Source of the DNA: Balanoglossus misakiensis
Taxonomy: Eukaryota; Animalia; Hemichordata
Direction of reading: 5' to 3'
NCBI GenBank assembly: GCA_040954595.2
Contig: CM082590.2
Span: forward strand, 7,626,001-7,690,000
DNA length: 64,000 bases
Each line of letters opens with the position of its first letter. Position 1 is the first letter of the stretch. Both the position numbers and the translations under genes were made by a program. The notes under the pieces were generated by a model that was not told the origin of the DNA, searched no databases, and worked only from the letters and a program-made list of their open reading frames with translations. Of this stretch, positions 12,313 through 25,244 are shown one piece after another.

Positions 12313-13051
12313 TTATAACCCATGAAAAATGTTCATGCGTTATAGCCCATTTTTCATGGGTTATGCTCATGAAAATTTTCAAGAATTGAAATTTTCATTT
12401 TGGACATTTTTCATGGGTTATAGCTCATGAAAAATTTTCATGGGTTATAACTCATGAAAATTTTCAAGAATTGAAATTTTCATTTTGGACATTTTTCATG
12501 GGTTATAGCTCATGAAATATTTTCATGGGTTATAACTCATGAAAATTTTCAAGAATTGAAATTTTCATTTTGGACATTTTTCATGATTTAAAGCTCATGA
12601 AAAATTTTCATGGGTTATAGCTCATGAAAATTTTCAAGAATTGAAATTTTCATTTTGGACATTTTTCATGATTTATAGCTCATGAAAAATTTTCATGGGT
12701 TATAGCTCATGAAAATTTTCAAGAATTGAAATTTTCATTTTGGACATTTTTCATGATTTAAAGCTCATGAAAATTTTCAAGAATTGAAATTTTCATTTTG
12801 GACATTTTTCATGATTTAAAGCTCATGAAAAATTTTCATGGGTTATAGCTCATGAAAATTTTCAAGAATTGAAATTTTCATTTTGGACATTTTTCATGAT
12901 TTAAAGCTCATGAAAAATTTTCATGGGTTATAGCTCATGAAAATTTTCAAGAATTGAAATTTTCATTTTGGACATTTTTCATGGATTATAGCTCATGAAA
13001 ATTTTTCATGGGTTATAGCTCATGAAAATTTTTCATGGGTTATAGCTCATG
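12313..13051. repeat. ~85-bp tandem satellite built on the CATGGGTTATAGCTCATG palindrome
   Basis: Alternating long and short subunits each carrying TCATG(GG/AT)TTA(T/A)AGCTCATGAAAA; core shared with the 87-bp array at 1-1203. Confidence 0.96.
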
Positions 13052-13059
13052 GACAATTC

Positions 13060-13830
13060 AATAACCCTTGCCAAAAGCTTCCCTGATGAGCAATATTGAA
13101 CCTTGCCTGTTGTCAAATCTTGACGAGCGCCCTCTTGTGACAGATATCAAAATTACTTTGTTTCACGCAGTAACGAACGCGAAGCCAGTAGTCTTGCTCT
13201 CCCCAGTGAAACTGTCCATAAAACATGAAAATTATGTTAGCAATGAGCTAGTTTAGTATCAGCCATGACAATTTACCCCCTTCATTTGTCGACAAGTGCA
13301 ATGATATCGTCGTAAAGCTATGGAAACGGCTTACCTGCTGTGCAAGTCCTCGCCTGATGGCAAATTCTGACGAGCGCCCTCTTGCAACGCCATGCCAAAG
13401 GCTTCTCCGCTGCGAAAGTCCTCGCCTGTTGGCAAATTCTGACGAGCGCCCTCTTGCAACGTACGATTACGATATTAGCGATTTCTCGCTTTCTCCCAGT
13501 GAAACTGCCCACAAAACATGAAATTTATGTTGGCAAGGAGCGAGTTGAGCTTAATTTTGGACCATGTACCCCCTTTTTTTGTCGACAAGTTCAGTATTAT
13601 TGCCGTAAAGCTTTGCCAACGGCTACTCTTGTGTGAAAGTCCTCGCCTGTTGGCAAATTCTGACGAGCGCCCTCTTGCAACGTACGATTACGATATTAGC
13701 GATTTCTCGCTTTCTCCCAGTGAAACTGCCCACAAAACATGAAATTTATGTTGGCAAGGAGTGAGTTGAGCTTAATTTTGGACCATGTACCCCCTTTTTT
13801 GTCGACAAGTTCATTATTATTGCGAAAATA
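13060..13830. repeat. ~220-290-bp tandem repeat with GAGCGCCCTCTTG motifs
   Basis: CCCAGTGAAACTG anchors at ~13200, 13494 and 13714; near-perfect 220-bp duplication; TGACGAGCGCCCTCTTG four times. Confidence 0.85.
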
Positions 13831-14569
13831 AGTCACTTTCATGTTCACCAAATGAAAGTTCATAGTTATGCATATGCTAATCATTATGTAAATTTTCGTA
13901 CTGCACACACACACATTAAAATTATTCATATTATGCATTCAATATGATTATCATATAAAATAATAAGTACATGTACACATTTGAAGAAATAGTAACTGTT
14001 TTTATTCAATAAATTCAATTAAAGTATATTTACACAGTAGTGTATTGGTCTTGTTTTGACAAACACAAATAACTTTGATGCAATACATAAATGGAAATAA
14101 ACTATATCTGATACATTGTAATCGAGTGCATTGATGTTTTATGATAATTCGAATCACTGCAAACTTTCACTATATCAATCATCTCTTGGGTAAATATTTC
14201 AATGACATGTGTGACCTTTATCCTATAACCTTTGATATGTGGATATTCAAAGTTCATTTTCTACATCAACATAGAAAAAAATTGACTTAAAATCTTAAAT
14301 ATAATTATATTCTGTAATAGAGAAAATGCAAATTCAGAACTTAAAGTGGTTGAACTATGAGTAAATTTTCTCCATAATGTTTACCATAGAGATTGTCAAA
14401 GTCATTAAATTTGGCGGCCATTTTGAATGCCATAGACTAAGCACAGATATAGGCGGCCATTTTGAACCTCAAATTTGGCGGCCATTTTGAAAGTCATAAT
14501 TCCTCCCCTCGAATTTAATGAGTAAATGAACAGTTATTTTCGGCAATAAATGAATAATCTAAAGTAGCC

Positions 14570-14736
14570 AAAAATGAATAATCAGTGTTTACCATTTATT
14601 AATTTTGGCGAGATTTTTACTCTCATATCTATATGCAGGATGGAAGTTGTTTGTATTCACACGTACTTAACATCAATGGTGTCTTGTATAAAACATAAAA
14701 AATGGGAAAAGGGCAGCAAGAGAGAGACTTTGTCCT
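14570..14736. mobile_element. Right half of Kolobok-type MITE (family K1)
   Basis: Ends GAGAGAGACTTTGTCCT-TTAA; body matches the copies at 15185 and 32877. Confidence 0.75.
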
Positions 14737-15184
14737 TTAAACTGCATTTACAAAGAATCATCACAATTCCAAGGTCAAGAGCAATCCCGCAGTGTGTGAC
14801 ACACTCTTCTGTATTGATGCAATGCTCTACCATGAAAAGTTATAGAGTTGAAATGTAACAATTATAGAGTTTAAATGTATAACCAATAGCCTAAGTTACC
14901 ATGGAAAGTAAAAATCTAGCCAATCACAGATTTCACTTAGTTGTCACATGAAAAAAAAAGTGCCGCCAGGCTGTGTCTGAAGTTTGAAATCACTTTTTAA
15001 TTCGCTGTTGTGTAAACTCTCGCTGCACTTTTTCCATTAATTATGTTTGATACAAGACGCAGTTTATGTTATTCTACATATGGATATACAGTGAATCAAT
15101 GTTCGACCACACACACCACTTGCTAGAAGTCCAACTTTACCAAAGAAAACAATGGATTGTGGACCAGGCTGCTGAGAGCATTAA

Positions 15185-15524
15185 AGGGACAAAGTCTCTC
15201 TCTCGCTGCCCTTTTTCCACTAATTACGTTTGATACAAGACACCATTATATGTGGATATATAGTTAATCAACGTTCAACCTCACACAACTTCCATCCCAC
15301 TTGTAGACACGAGAGTGAAAAAATTTGCCAAAATGAATAATCGTTCTTTACCGTTTATTCATTTTAGGCGAATTGTTACTGTCATTTCATACAAGCGGGA
15401 TGGAAGTTGTGTGTGGTTGAACGTTGATTCACTATATATCCACTAGTAGAATAACATAAACAGTGTCTTGTATCAAACACAATTAATGACAAAAAGGTCA
15501 GCGAGAGAGAGAGACTTTGTCCCT
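15185..15524. mobile_element. Kolobok-type (T2-like) foldback MITE, family K1, 340 bp
   Basis: TTAA TSDs at 15181-15184 and 15525-15528; termini AGGGACAAAGTCTCTCTCTCGCTG / CAGCGAGAGAGAGAGACTTTGTCCCT; largely palindromic body. TTAA plus AGG ends fit Kolobok rather than piggyBac. Confidence 0.88.
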
Positions 15525-15578
15525 TTAAAAATGCAGCCCGGCCGTACCTTGCGTAAGTCACTTCATTTTCAAAACCCA

Positions 15579-18500
15579 TCATTGCTTTTTCACTTTCTTC
15601 TTGGCCGGGTCGTCGAACTTGTAATCCTGCATGTAGTGGTATCTGTGGAAGCACGGGTCCACGCACATTCGGACCCGGCAGACCTTGCAGATATACGAGG
15701 TGCCCCGTCGCTGCAAGTGGACCTTGCATTCCCCGGACGATCCCGCCGAGACAGGGGCGCGCTCTTTCTCTCGGTCGAGTCTGACGTCCGGCGGGACCGG
15801 CGGAGACCACGGGCGCTTCGGGTGCTGGCAGAAGGAGCGGCCGCGGATGAGCTGGTCGGTGAGCTCCTCGCGGAAGGCCAGCGCGGTTTTCCCGGCGTGC
15901 GGATGCGCCTTCTTGTGGAGGGCGTGCGCGTTGACGACGGCCGCGTCCAGCAGGTACCAGAACACCTGGGAGAACCATTCCTTCTGCTTGATGTGGCGCT
16001 TGTACGGCTGCATGCGTCTGCTCGCCATCTGCTTGCTGTATACAGCTAAAGATTGACAGACCCTCACCAGGATTTGTCTGCACCGGGTCTGTCACATGCA
16101 TGCAGCATACCTGCCCTGTCAGGTATGCTGCATGTCTGACATGCAAGCCATGCACCAGACCTGTCCCGTCAGACCTGCACCAGACATTTCCCATCAGACC
16201 TGCAGCATGTCTATCCTGTCAGACCTGCAGCAGGCCTGTCCCGTCAGACATGCAGCAGGCATATCCCATCAGACCTGCACCAGGTCTGTCCCGTCAGACC
16301 TGCGGCAGACCTGTTAGAACAGACCTGCACCGGACCTGTTCTGTCAGACCTGCACCAGACCTGGTGCAGACCTGGTGAACTTTAGTTGTATACTCGGCGA
16401 TGACGTCCGGCTGATTGTACGTCTTCCCGCGCCGTCCACCGCCCTCCTTCACCGAACGCCGCACGGACTTCCAATTGGCGCAGACCGGCACGGTCGCCAG
16501 GACGGCCACGTTACCCGAGTCCTTCCACACGACGGCCGTCATGCCGCGTCTCTGCCACGACACCATCTGGCCGCGTTTGAGATTCCTCACCGCCGGCGAC
16601 GTCTCCTTCATGTCGACCGGTAGTCCCCGCTTGTTCATCTGCACAGCTCCGCAGCCCAAGATGCGTCGCTCTTCCAGTTCGCGGTACAACGACGGACTGG
16701 TGTAAGTACTGCTGCTGAACAGGTAGTATCCTTTATCGAAGAAGGGTTGGCAGAGCTGGAGAATGTTGTCGTTGATCGGGAACGTGCTGAACTTCCTTGC
16801 TTCTTTCCCGGTGTAAACTTTGACGTTCAGAAGATACCCAGACGTCGCCTCGGACAAAGTGAACACCTTGATCCCCCACTTGGTCTCGTTGCTTCGGTCG
16901 CACAACTTGAACGACACCGTCCCCTTGAACTTGATCATCGACTCCCCGACCAACAAGTTCCTCCCGGGGGTCACGTGTTTCTGGAAATTCCCTGTGATCA
17001 TGTCCATCACCGGACGGATCTGCCACAGCTTGTCGAAGCCGGGATCATTTCTATCGGTGACGGCCGTGTCATCATCAGCAAAGTGTAGATACGTCAGGAT
17101 GTCTCTATACAGCTGCCTGGGCATGGTGTGTCCGAACCCAGGCAAGTTAGTCAGCCAGAAACTCGACCAGTAATCCCTTATAGATCCCTTATTGGCCAGA
17201 CCCATGCCAATGGTCAATCCCAGAAACACCTCGAGGTGATCCACCGTTATCCCACCCGCCGGCCAGTCGGATTTCCGGGTGGATCCACGGACCCTTCTAC
17301 TACGTTCCTCGTTACGGTTAGTCTCATCCACGATATGTCTCATCACAGCCTCATTAAAGAAGAGTTTGAAAAGCTCTACCACGCTGTGATTAGCACACCC
17401 GGGATCGATTCCCACCTTTTCAGCGAACTCGAAGTCCTCTCTCGTTTCAACCACATGAGACCACTCACCATCACAATTGCCGTCATCCTCACCATCATCA
17501 TCGCCATCCTCCACGCTCCCGACGAGAAGGTCACTGCCAGAGTCGTCATCATCACTCTCAGCGTCCGGAATTTCATCTTCACTTTCACTGCCGGCTGAAT
17601 CATGTGACTCCTGTGTGGGAACCTCCTCTTCGTACTCTGTAAAGATTGCAGTTTTGAATGTATTTACGATGTGTTTTTTTTGGGGGTGAATTGTTAATTT
17701 TTACCTCACATGATCACATTTTGTGGGGTAATGTTATAGCAAATTCTATGTGTTATGGGTTTCACACAGGGACTATTAAGATGTTTCTGAAATGCCTCAC
17801 TGGCATACTGGCATAATTTTTAAAGTGTAAACAGTGGTCCTGAAACGTCTCAAATTTGGGGTGGCTTTGCTGGCCAGACCAGAGCTAGTGTAAAGTATTA
17901 ACACCTCTCTGCAACATAGTCTATGGGGCTGAGCATCAGGTCTATGCTTAAACTGTATGTGGACCCAAAGCGATTCAAAGGATTAAATTACAAATGGCCA
18001 ACAGTGCCTCTGAAACGTATATAATATTACCCAGTGTGAACTTGGTATGTATGTGTGTTTGTGTGTGTTAGAGAGCAACATACCATTTGCTGTTGTGCTA
18101 GGGCTGTCCTTATTGTCAGCATCCAATGTTGGTGTACACAGCAAAATTCCTGTGGGCTGAACACTGCCTTCGGTGTCAGTCCCCAATGCTGAACCACTCT
18201 CAAGTCTTGCATCACTGTTTGTTGGTTGGTTGAGAATGTCTTGCGCTCTATCGGAAGATCTTGAGATGTCGGTGAGATTTTCAGCCGAATCAATAGCCTG
18301 GGAGACGCGAGGACTGGGTTTGTGTTCGCGACTATCACTGTTGGTCTCTTGGATGGCCATGTAATGGTTTTCTAGCGCGGCTGGTTTGAAGTCTGTTTCA
18401 GCGATTTCTTGCTTGATGGTAATTTCACCGACGTTTGTCGACGGAGAGTCTGTTTGATCAAGAGAGGTTTCTCTGCAGTCGTCGCTTCGCTTCGAACGTT

Positions 18501-21016
18501 TCGCATCAGGGTCCTCACCTTCGCTGGACTGCACGCGCTTTGCGACGCTTCCTCGTTGCCTGGCTGCACCGCTGTCATCTCGGTCCACTTGCGCCACTTC
18601 AGTCGAACAGAACCTGTCCGCAAAATTGTGTTCGTTCGGAGCGAGGATACTCCCAGAAGTTGTCGCAGATTCATCTCTGCTGAGAGCACCACCATCTCTG
18701 CTGATATCCCTGTCATGGCTAGCTGTGCCCATTCTCTCCACTTTACCACTCAAACAGAGATAGTTCACAAATAGAATCAGGTCTGTAAGAGAGCAAAATA
18801 TATCACTCTGTTAGTAATAAATAACATTAATATCTTCCCAGGAATTAATTTCTGATGGTATTGTCTATTTTGCATAACAATGCCATTTTAATGACTATGT
18901 TTCTATTGTTTTCCTAAAATTAAATGAGTGATGTGTTAGAAGCAATTGTACTGTGTCAGCTCAAGACAAGTCAAAAGGTAGAGATATCCTGTAATCTGTG
19001 TTTTGATTCACCAATGTGCAATCACATGGGGTGTGCCAATTTGAGGTTTTTATACTTGATCAGTGTTTCATTCGGGATGGTATCAGCAGGGGGGATATGT
19101 CCCCCTTTGCCAGAATATTTGAGGGGGATTCCACTCTGGAAAGGGGGGACTGTAATATCATCAACATGTGAGTGACATCATTTTAAGGGGCAAAGATTAA
19201 AGGGACAAAGTCTCTCTCTCGCAGCCCTTTTTCCATAAATTATGTTTGATACAAGACACAGCTTATGTTATTCTACATGTGGATATATAGTGAATCAACG
19301 TTCGACCATCACGTTTGTAGGATATGAGAGTAAAAATCTCAACAAAATGAATAAAAGGTAAACACCAATTATTCATTATGGCGAGTTATTCACTCTTGTG
19401 TCTACAAGTGGGATGGAAGTTGTGTGTGGTTGAACGCTGATTCACTGTATATCCACATGTAGAATAACATAAACAGTGTCTTGTATCAAATATAATTTAT
19501 GGAAAAAAAGGGCAGCGTGAGAGAGACCTTGTCCCTCTAACCAGTCAACAGTTTTCGAACTGTTGCCTGACAGGAAACTGTTCGATAACTGTTGCCTGGA
19601 TATAAGTTTTAAAGTATACTCTTACCTGTCTGAGATAGAGCTCCCATTATAAATCGACCACACAGCTGTTTTGTGGACTGTTCAAACCACTGCCAATACT
19701 CTCTCTGTTTTCCTTCATCCCTCAGACAAGCCCATATTTTCATACACTCTGCAAGTTAAAACACATGTATGAGAGTAATGAATAAAGAGAAATCAAATTA
19801 CAAATCACCTATGTGCACTTATAATCCCTTTACCACTATGGTTTGTTCCAAATCTATTGTCTTTTATGGTAAAGTAGGACCATTATAAAATTATTTATTA
19901 AAGAAACAGGGGTGAACAGATTCAATAAGTCTTTCTTAATCTCTTTTCATGGCCAACGTTATTTTTCCCCTTGTTATACGCTTTCAATCAATTTTCTATG
20001 ATCACACAGGTAATTTCATGACGTTAAAGGTATACGGTCACCTATGGAAAATTAGCTATAGTTACCATGGCGAATTGAGATCTAGCCAATCACGGATTTT
20101 CAGTGGGTGGCACACGCGAAAAAAAGAGCGCCACCATATGTTCTTTAGAACGCTTAAATACGCCATTTCAGCCATCTATGCGCGTATGCAAATTGGAGGT
20201 GACCGTATACCTTTAATGAAGAGTGTCTGCATACACATAGGTGATCATCTGACACAAACTGAAATTTACGATTTTTCTGCAAACTTTACGGAGAAAACAC
20301 CACTAAACAATGACGTTTAATTTAAAAGAAGATAATGAATGGCTATAAGATGTACTGGTATCTCACTGAATTATGCCCAAATCTGCATATTTTTGGATTA
20401 AAATGCAAGGTGCATTATACTTTAGATGATCAACAATGATTGGGGTTGGCCCCTACTCCCCTTTAACCCTTTGACCCCCATTTCCCTCTATAGAGGTCCA
20501 ACTCTACCATTGAAAACAATGGAGTTGGACCAAACCATTGAGGTCATTGTTATATATAGTGCGCTTCATCTCCATGGCAACAAGAGCACCGCGTCCATAA
20601 CATATACACGTGCGAGTAGAAAGTCGCCTCCTTTCTGACGTGCACGCATCGCGCACGTGGCAATGGACAGAGCACAAATTCTAGGTAGGCACGCCTACAA
20701 ATAATTTGAGATGATTGAATCCTAGGTAAAAAGTCAGGAATTAGCCAGTGGGTGGGGGTAGAATTACCAATTACCATGGTGACGAGCGAGCTCAGAACCC
20801 AAAGACAGTGACACGACACCCAACTCATGTTAGCAAGGGTTCCTGTTTAATTTTTCTGCAGATTCATAGGCCAACCATTTCCCAAAAGAAACAACATGAC
20901 CTACAGTGACCTATAAGCCACGAGTTTTGAGGTAACCCCTCGTTTGAGGTCAAATAAGTACACCGAAAACAACAAAAACAATAATTACCGTCTATCTCAC
21001 AGACCACCCGTACCAT
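15579..21016 (-). CDS. Fusion gene A: unrecognised N-terminal domain + linker + domesticated piggyBac (PGBD-like) transposase; last exon interrupted by a MITE
   Basis: Exons 21016-20989, 19748-19626, 18782-18084, 17636-15579, all GT-AG phase 1 and in frame. PiggyBac motifs: FDKLWQIRPVMD, ESMIKFKG, KWGIKVF, VWKD, C-terminal Cys-rich domain. ~851 aa without the insertion, ~730 aa with it (stop at 16294). Confidence 0.85.
16041..16390. mobile_element. 350-bp TIR element with TA TSD inserted in the piggyBac-derived exon
   Basis: TA-TACAGCTAAAG ... CTTTAGTTGTA-TA; internal CAGACCTG subrepeats; removing it plus one TA restores GAG TAC AGC AAG CAG ATG in frame. Confidence 0.88.
19201..19536. mobile_element. 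Kolobok-type MITE, family K1 (intron of gene A)
   Basis: TTAA-AGGGACAAAGTCTCTCTCTCGC ... GAGAGACCTTGTCCCT-CTAA. Confidence 0.85.
20028..20212. mobile_element. Kolobok-type MITE, family K2, 185 bp
   Basis: TTAA-AGGTATACGGTCACCT ... AGGTGACCGTATACCT-TTAA; related fragments at ~14890, ~28892, ~29932 and ~49380-49430. Confidence 0.85.
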
Positions 21017-21461
21017 GTCTGCAACCCGGGAATAATCGTTGAAACAGTTCTTTTTGGGAAAATTGGAGAAACACACTTTTCAAATGTCCCACTCAAATCA
21101 GCCTTGTTCTTCTATTTAATCAGCGTGCATTCTGGGTTGAAAATAAAATCACAGAGGGCGCTTTAATTAAACTTTAAATCTGATTTATTTTCAGCAAATA
21201 TCCGTAAAATATTACAGAAAAGTAGTGAAAATGTTTATTATATGTGAAGAAAAATTCAACAGACGACAATTAGAAATTTTTCTTCAATTTTTCGTGGCTG
21301 GGAGAAATGTAACATGTTAGAAATGGACATGTTACAGCGACCTCTAGAGCTGACATATACATTTGACCCAAAGTCCAAACGAAAGCAAGCACACTGTGTA
21401 CATTCCAGGAATTGTTATTTTTTACCACTTGGCAAGAACTGGATTTCAAATCGTGAAACAG
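21017..21461. promoter_or_regulatory. Probable bidirectional promoter between gene A and the RING-ZNF gene
   Basis: Gene A ATG at 21016 (minus) and a strong plus-strand donor CAG|GTGAGT at 21461 are ~450 bp apart; AGAGGGCGCT at ~21153. Confidence 0.55.
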
Positions 21462-22480
21462 GTGAGTTTACTGTATAACAACAGAATCAAACTACGTTCA
21501 CCGATTGAAATATCTCCTTGGCGATAGCGAGTACTGAACCGATCGTCGCGTCGGCTGTGTTTGTTGTTGTGTGATCGAGTTAGTGTATTTGTTGTGTTTG
21601 TTTATTAGACTTAAAAGGTTGCTGACTCATTATAAACTTGGCCAAAAGTCGGTCAAGTCATCATCGAGTCGAGATTGCAGTAAGATCGTCTCTACATTGC
21701 ACGTAAACCAGCCAAAAATGGACCTATGTGTTATCATCATTCGGCCTTGGAATGAACCTATGCTCATTTCGTTTTGTTTACAAATCGGACCCGGGGGTCC
21801 CACGCCAATATTACATCGAGGCCACACGGGGGCCCGAGTGGGAAGTTTTAGAAGCTATGTTGGCTTTCAACAGATACAATTTCCATCTGACCAAATTATA
21901 TTAGACCGTGGGTGCAGGTTATGTGGGAAATTAAAGCAGATCACGAAATTCTCCCAACTTCCCAATACACAGTGTAGCCATTTGTTGAATGTAGGGGTAG
22001 AGGTTACTGTATGCTATTTTTAGATTGCTCATATAGATCACACATATTGCTATCACAGATGGTCCTTTATGCACCTAGAATATTTTTGTCACATAACTGG
22101 GTGTGGCTAAATTACACAATTCACTCAAACTTGAATTTTAATAATGTAATATATAATTAAAATATACTGTATGTCATTGGAAGGCAATTCTAGGAAGACC
22201 ATTCACTCTGAGAAAACCCATGCTCCTAGGTGATTCCAGTATTTATAAATTGCAATCTTTACCTCTCATCTGTTCTGCATGAATAAGTGGTCGGCGGTCT
22301 AACCCTGGATAGGTTAGCTGAGAATTATTAAACAATACGTGTAGTTTGAAATTTAGGTCCAATCTGTATTGTTGTTTTTCATGAGTTTATGTATACCTGA
22401 TGTTTCTACATTTGCATTGTTGTAGGACTAGGCATTCAGATTCTAATGAGGTTGAGTGTTTTCTATCTCCAGATACCAAA

Positions 22481-25244
22481 ATGGAGGACAGACAGAAATG
22501 CCCTACTTGCCGTGAAGTGTACGGCAAAGGCAGAAAACGGAAACTGACAGACATGTGCGGCCATGCCAGATGTTACGAGTGTCTGTTCATTGGCAGTTGT
22601 CCATTGTGTCCAGGTGAGTGGTGAATTGTTATTTGAATATTCTCCAGTGATCTCCCCACTGAAACAACAGAAACTCATTATCATAACGATAGATTATATT
22701 GTTATGCACAATAGCCAATAGGGTATCAGATTTTCCTGGGGAGAACACTGAAATCTGTGTTGTTGCCATTTTTACCCACAATTCATTGTGATTGATGCAC
22801 CCATAAACAGAAAGGAATTTTTTGTGATATTTTTTCACTCCTGCACTTATTTGTGTGAATATATTTAGGATTTATAATTTAAAATTTGAATAATCTCCAG
22901 TGTTCTCCCCATAGCTTTGAAGTATTTCTTTTTTCTGAATGATAATTTATTTTATGTTTTCTTAGATGTAACCGGGGAAACCGCCACTACCACTGATGGA
23001 GATCCGATTGTGGAAGAGACTATGCAGAAGGGAAATGGAGATGTGTTAGGAACTGCAGAGGGTTTTGTTCCGGGAAGAGCAACATCTGCATTGCTGGCCT
23101 CTGGAAGTGAAACTGAAGGAGGAGGATATGGAATACGTCAAGACCCGGATGAGAAATGTTGTGCTGCTGAGGACGGTCCTTCCTGCGCTGGAAGTGGGGG
23201 CGAAAATCATACAGCCCGGCGAGATGGTTTGGGAAATCACGGAGCACATTTGGAGCAGTTTTCCGGTGGTATCGGTATGGATTCTGAACGGCGAAATGCC
23301 GGAACGACTAAGGAAATGTGTAGTGTGCTTCCAGGAAAGAAAAGTCAAGTTGATAGAGAGATGTCCAACTTGGAGGTCTTCTCCTGCGAGCCGTGTGCGG
23401 TCGATTTCTCAAGTGAATCAGCGTGGGATGAACATGTGTTGACGCACACCAAGACAGACAAGCAAGGCACCCAGGACTCAGGAGCTGGAGAGTGTGGCAC
23501 TGAATATAGCGCCAGTGACACTGTCGCTCACATTGCTGTGCATGAAGGTGATTCCACTGAATATAGCGCTGGTGACACTGTTGCTCACATTGCTGTGCAT
23601 GAGGGTGATTCCACTGAATATAGCGCCGGTGACACTGTTGCTCACAGTAACGTGCATGGAAGTGATTCCACAAAGACTGATGTATTACAGCAACAGGATC
23701 ATACAATATCAGACAGGATTCAAAACTCAACTGAAGGCACTAACACAGGGCTTCACCTTAAGGAGAGTCAAGTGGCAACTGTTCAGGAAAAGAAGAATGA
23801 GATTGTTGCAAATGACCCGAAAGACAATAAAAGGAAGAGAAAAAGAGCATCATTCTTATTGGCCGATGCGAAAAATAAATCGCATAACAATGAAGAAACA
23901 CCAGAACAGCCAACAACAACTGGCAAAAACAGGCCATTGAAAGTGAAACTTAAACTGGCCAATTTCGAATGCGATCAATGTGGCAAGACATTTATTAGGA
24001 AATGCCATTACGTGAATCACGTTAAGGCTCACAACAATGAGAAAAAGACTCACAATGAAGAGACAAAGACTCACAACAATGATACACACAACAATGAGAA
24101 AGAGACTCACAACAATGAGAAAAAGACTCGCAGCAGTAAGAAGGCGAGAAAGCCTCAGAAGAAGAAAAAGAAGTTGTCGTATGATTGCCGGAGATGCAAA
24201 ACAAAGTTTAAAGAGAAGGAGGAACGCGACAAACACAAGCCCCTGTGTGCATTCGACCGAGCTCAGGAGGTCCGGCAGACTGAAGAAATCATGGAATTTA
24301 ATTGCGATGAGTGTGGTAAGATGTTCGCATCCAAGGAAAAATTAGGCGTTCATAAGTACATACACACTCGGAAACGCGTGTATCCGTGCAGTTACTGTGG
24401 AAAACAGAACGCTACGAAGCAGCTGTTGGAGGTTCATGAGCGAGTGCATTCTGGGGAACGTCCTTACAACTGTAAGATGTGCGAGAAAGCCTTTAAGGAT
24501 TACAGTTCCTTGAGGGCGCATGTCGCAGTCCACTCCGACGAAAGACCGTTTATATGCACCGTTTGCGGGAAAACTTTCCGATTCAGAAACGTGCTGCGGA
24601 GACACAAGAAGCTGCACACCGACGCCAAGGAACACCAGTGCGATACCTGCGGGGCGCGTTTCCGCGAGACCCACGGCCTGCGCCGCCACCGGATGACGCA
24701 CGCCGAGATCCGGCCGTACCCGTGCCGGCACTGCGCCAAATCCTTCACCACGCCGCACGACCGGAAGAACCACGAGCACATGCACCAGACCGGGAAGCCC
24801 TACGAGTGCGACGTGTGCGGGAGGCCGTTTATGCACCTCAGCTCGCTCGGGAAGCACAAGCGGGCGAAGCACGACCCGACGGCGGGAGTCCTGTGCTACA
24901 TCTGCGGGAAACACTTCGTCTTCAACTGGCAGCTGAAAAAACACGAAGATAAGGAGCACCCGCCGGGCGCGGAATACGGCGAGCCCGTCGTTAAAGCACG
25001 CAAACCGTACATCCGGAACCCGAACCCCACCAAGGACTTCGTCTGCCACGTGTGCGGGAAGCGATTCTCCGCGCGGCGAACGCTACTGAGACACGGACAC
25101 GTGCACAACCCCAATCCGAAGTACTCCTGCAAGGTGTGCGGCCGGGCGTTCGCCGGGAAGTGGAACGTCAAGAAGCACATGGAAAACAAACACAGCACGG
25201 TTAAACCAGATTCGGAATTGCCCCCAGATATTCTTGTGATGTAG
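22481..25244 (+). CDS. RING-finger + ~13 C2H2 zinc-finger protein, ~803 aa
   Basis: join(22481..22613,22966..25244), phase-1 GT-AG intron in frame. First coding exon MEDRQKCPTCREVYGKGRKRKLTDMCGHARCYECLFIGSCPLCP; canonical fingers with HSGERPY and TGKPY linkers; probable non-coding exon ending at 21461. Confidence 0.92.

Noticed and set aside
1-13051. CRISPR-like appearance of palindromic repeats
   Set aside because: Spacers are identical rather than unique, there are no cas genes, and the DNA is eukaryotic.
15382-17689. Overlapping alternative-frame and antisense ORFs (also at 24342-25198, 27980-30854 and 40225-41366)
   Set aside because: Shadow ORFs expected from GC-rich codon usage in the real exons.
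15181-19540. Autonomous piggyBac bounded by the TTAA repeats around the transposase
   Set aside because: Those ends belong to self-contained AGG-ended MITEs, not CCY piggyBac TIRs, and the transposase lacks its catalytic Asp residues.
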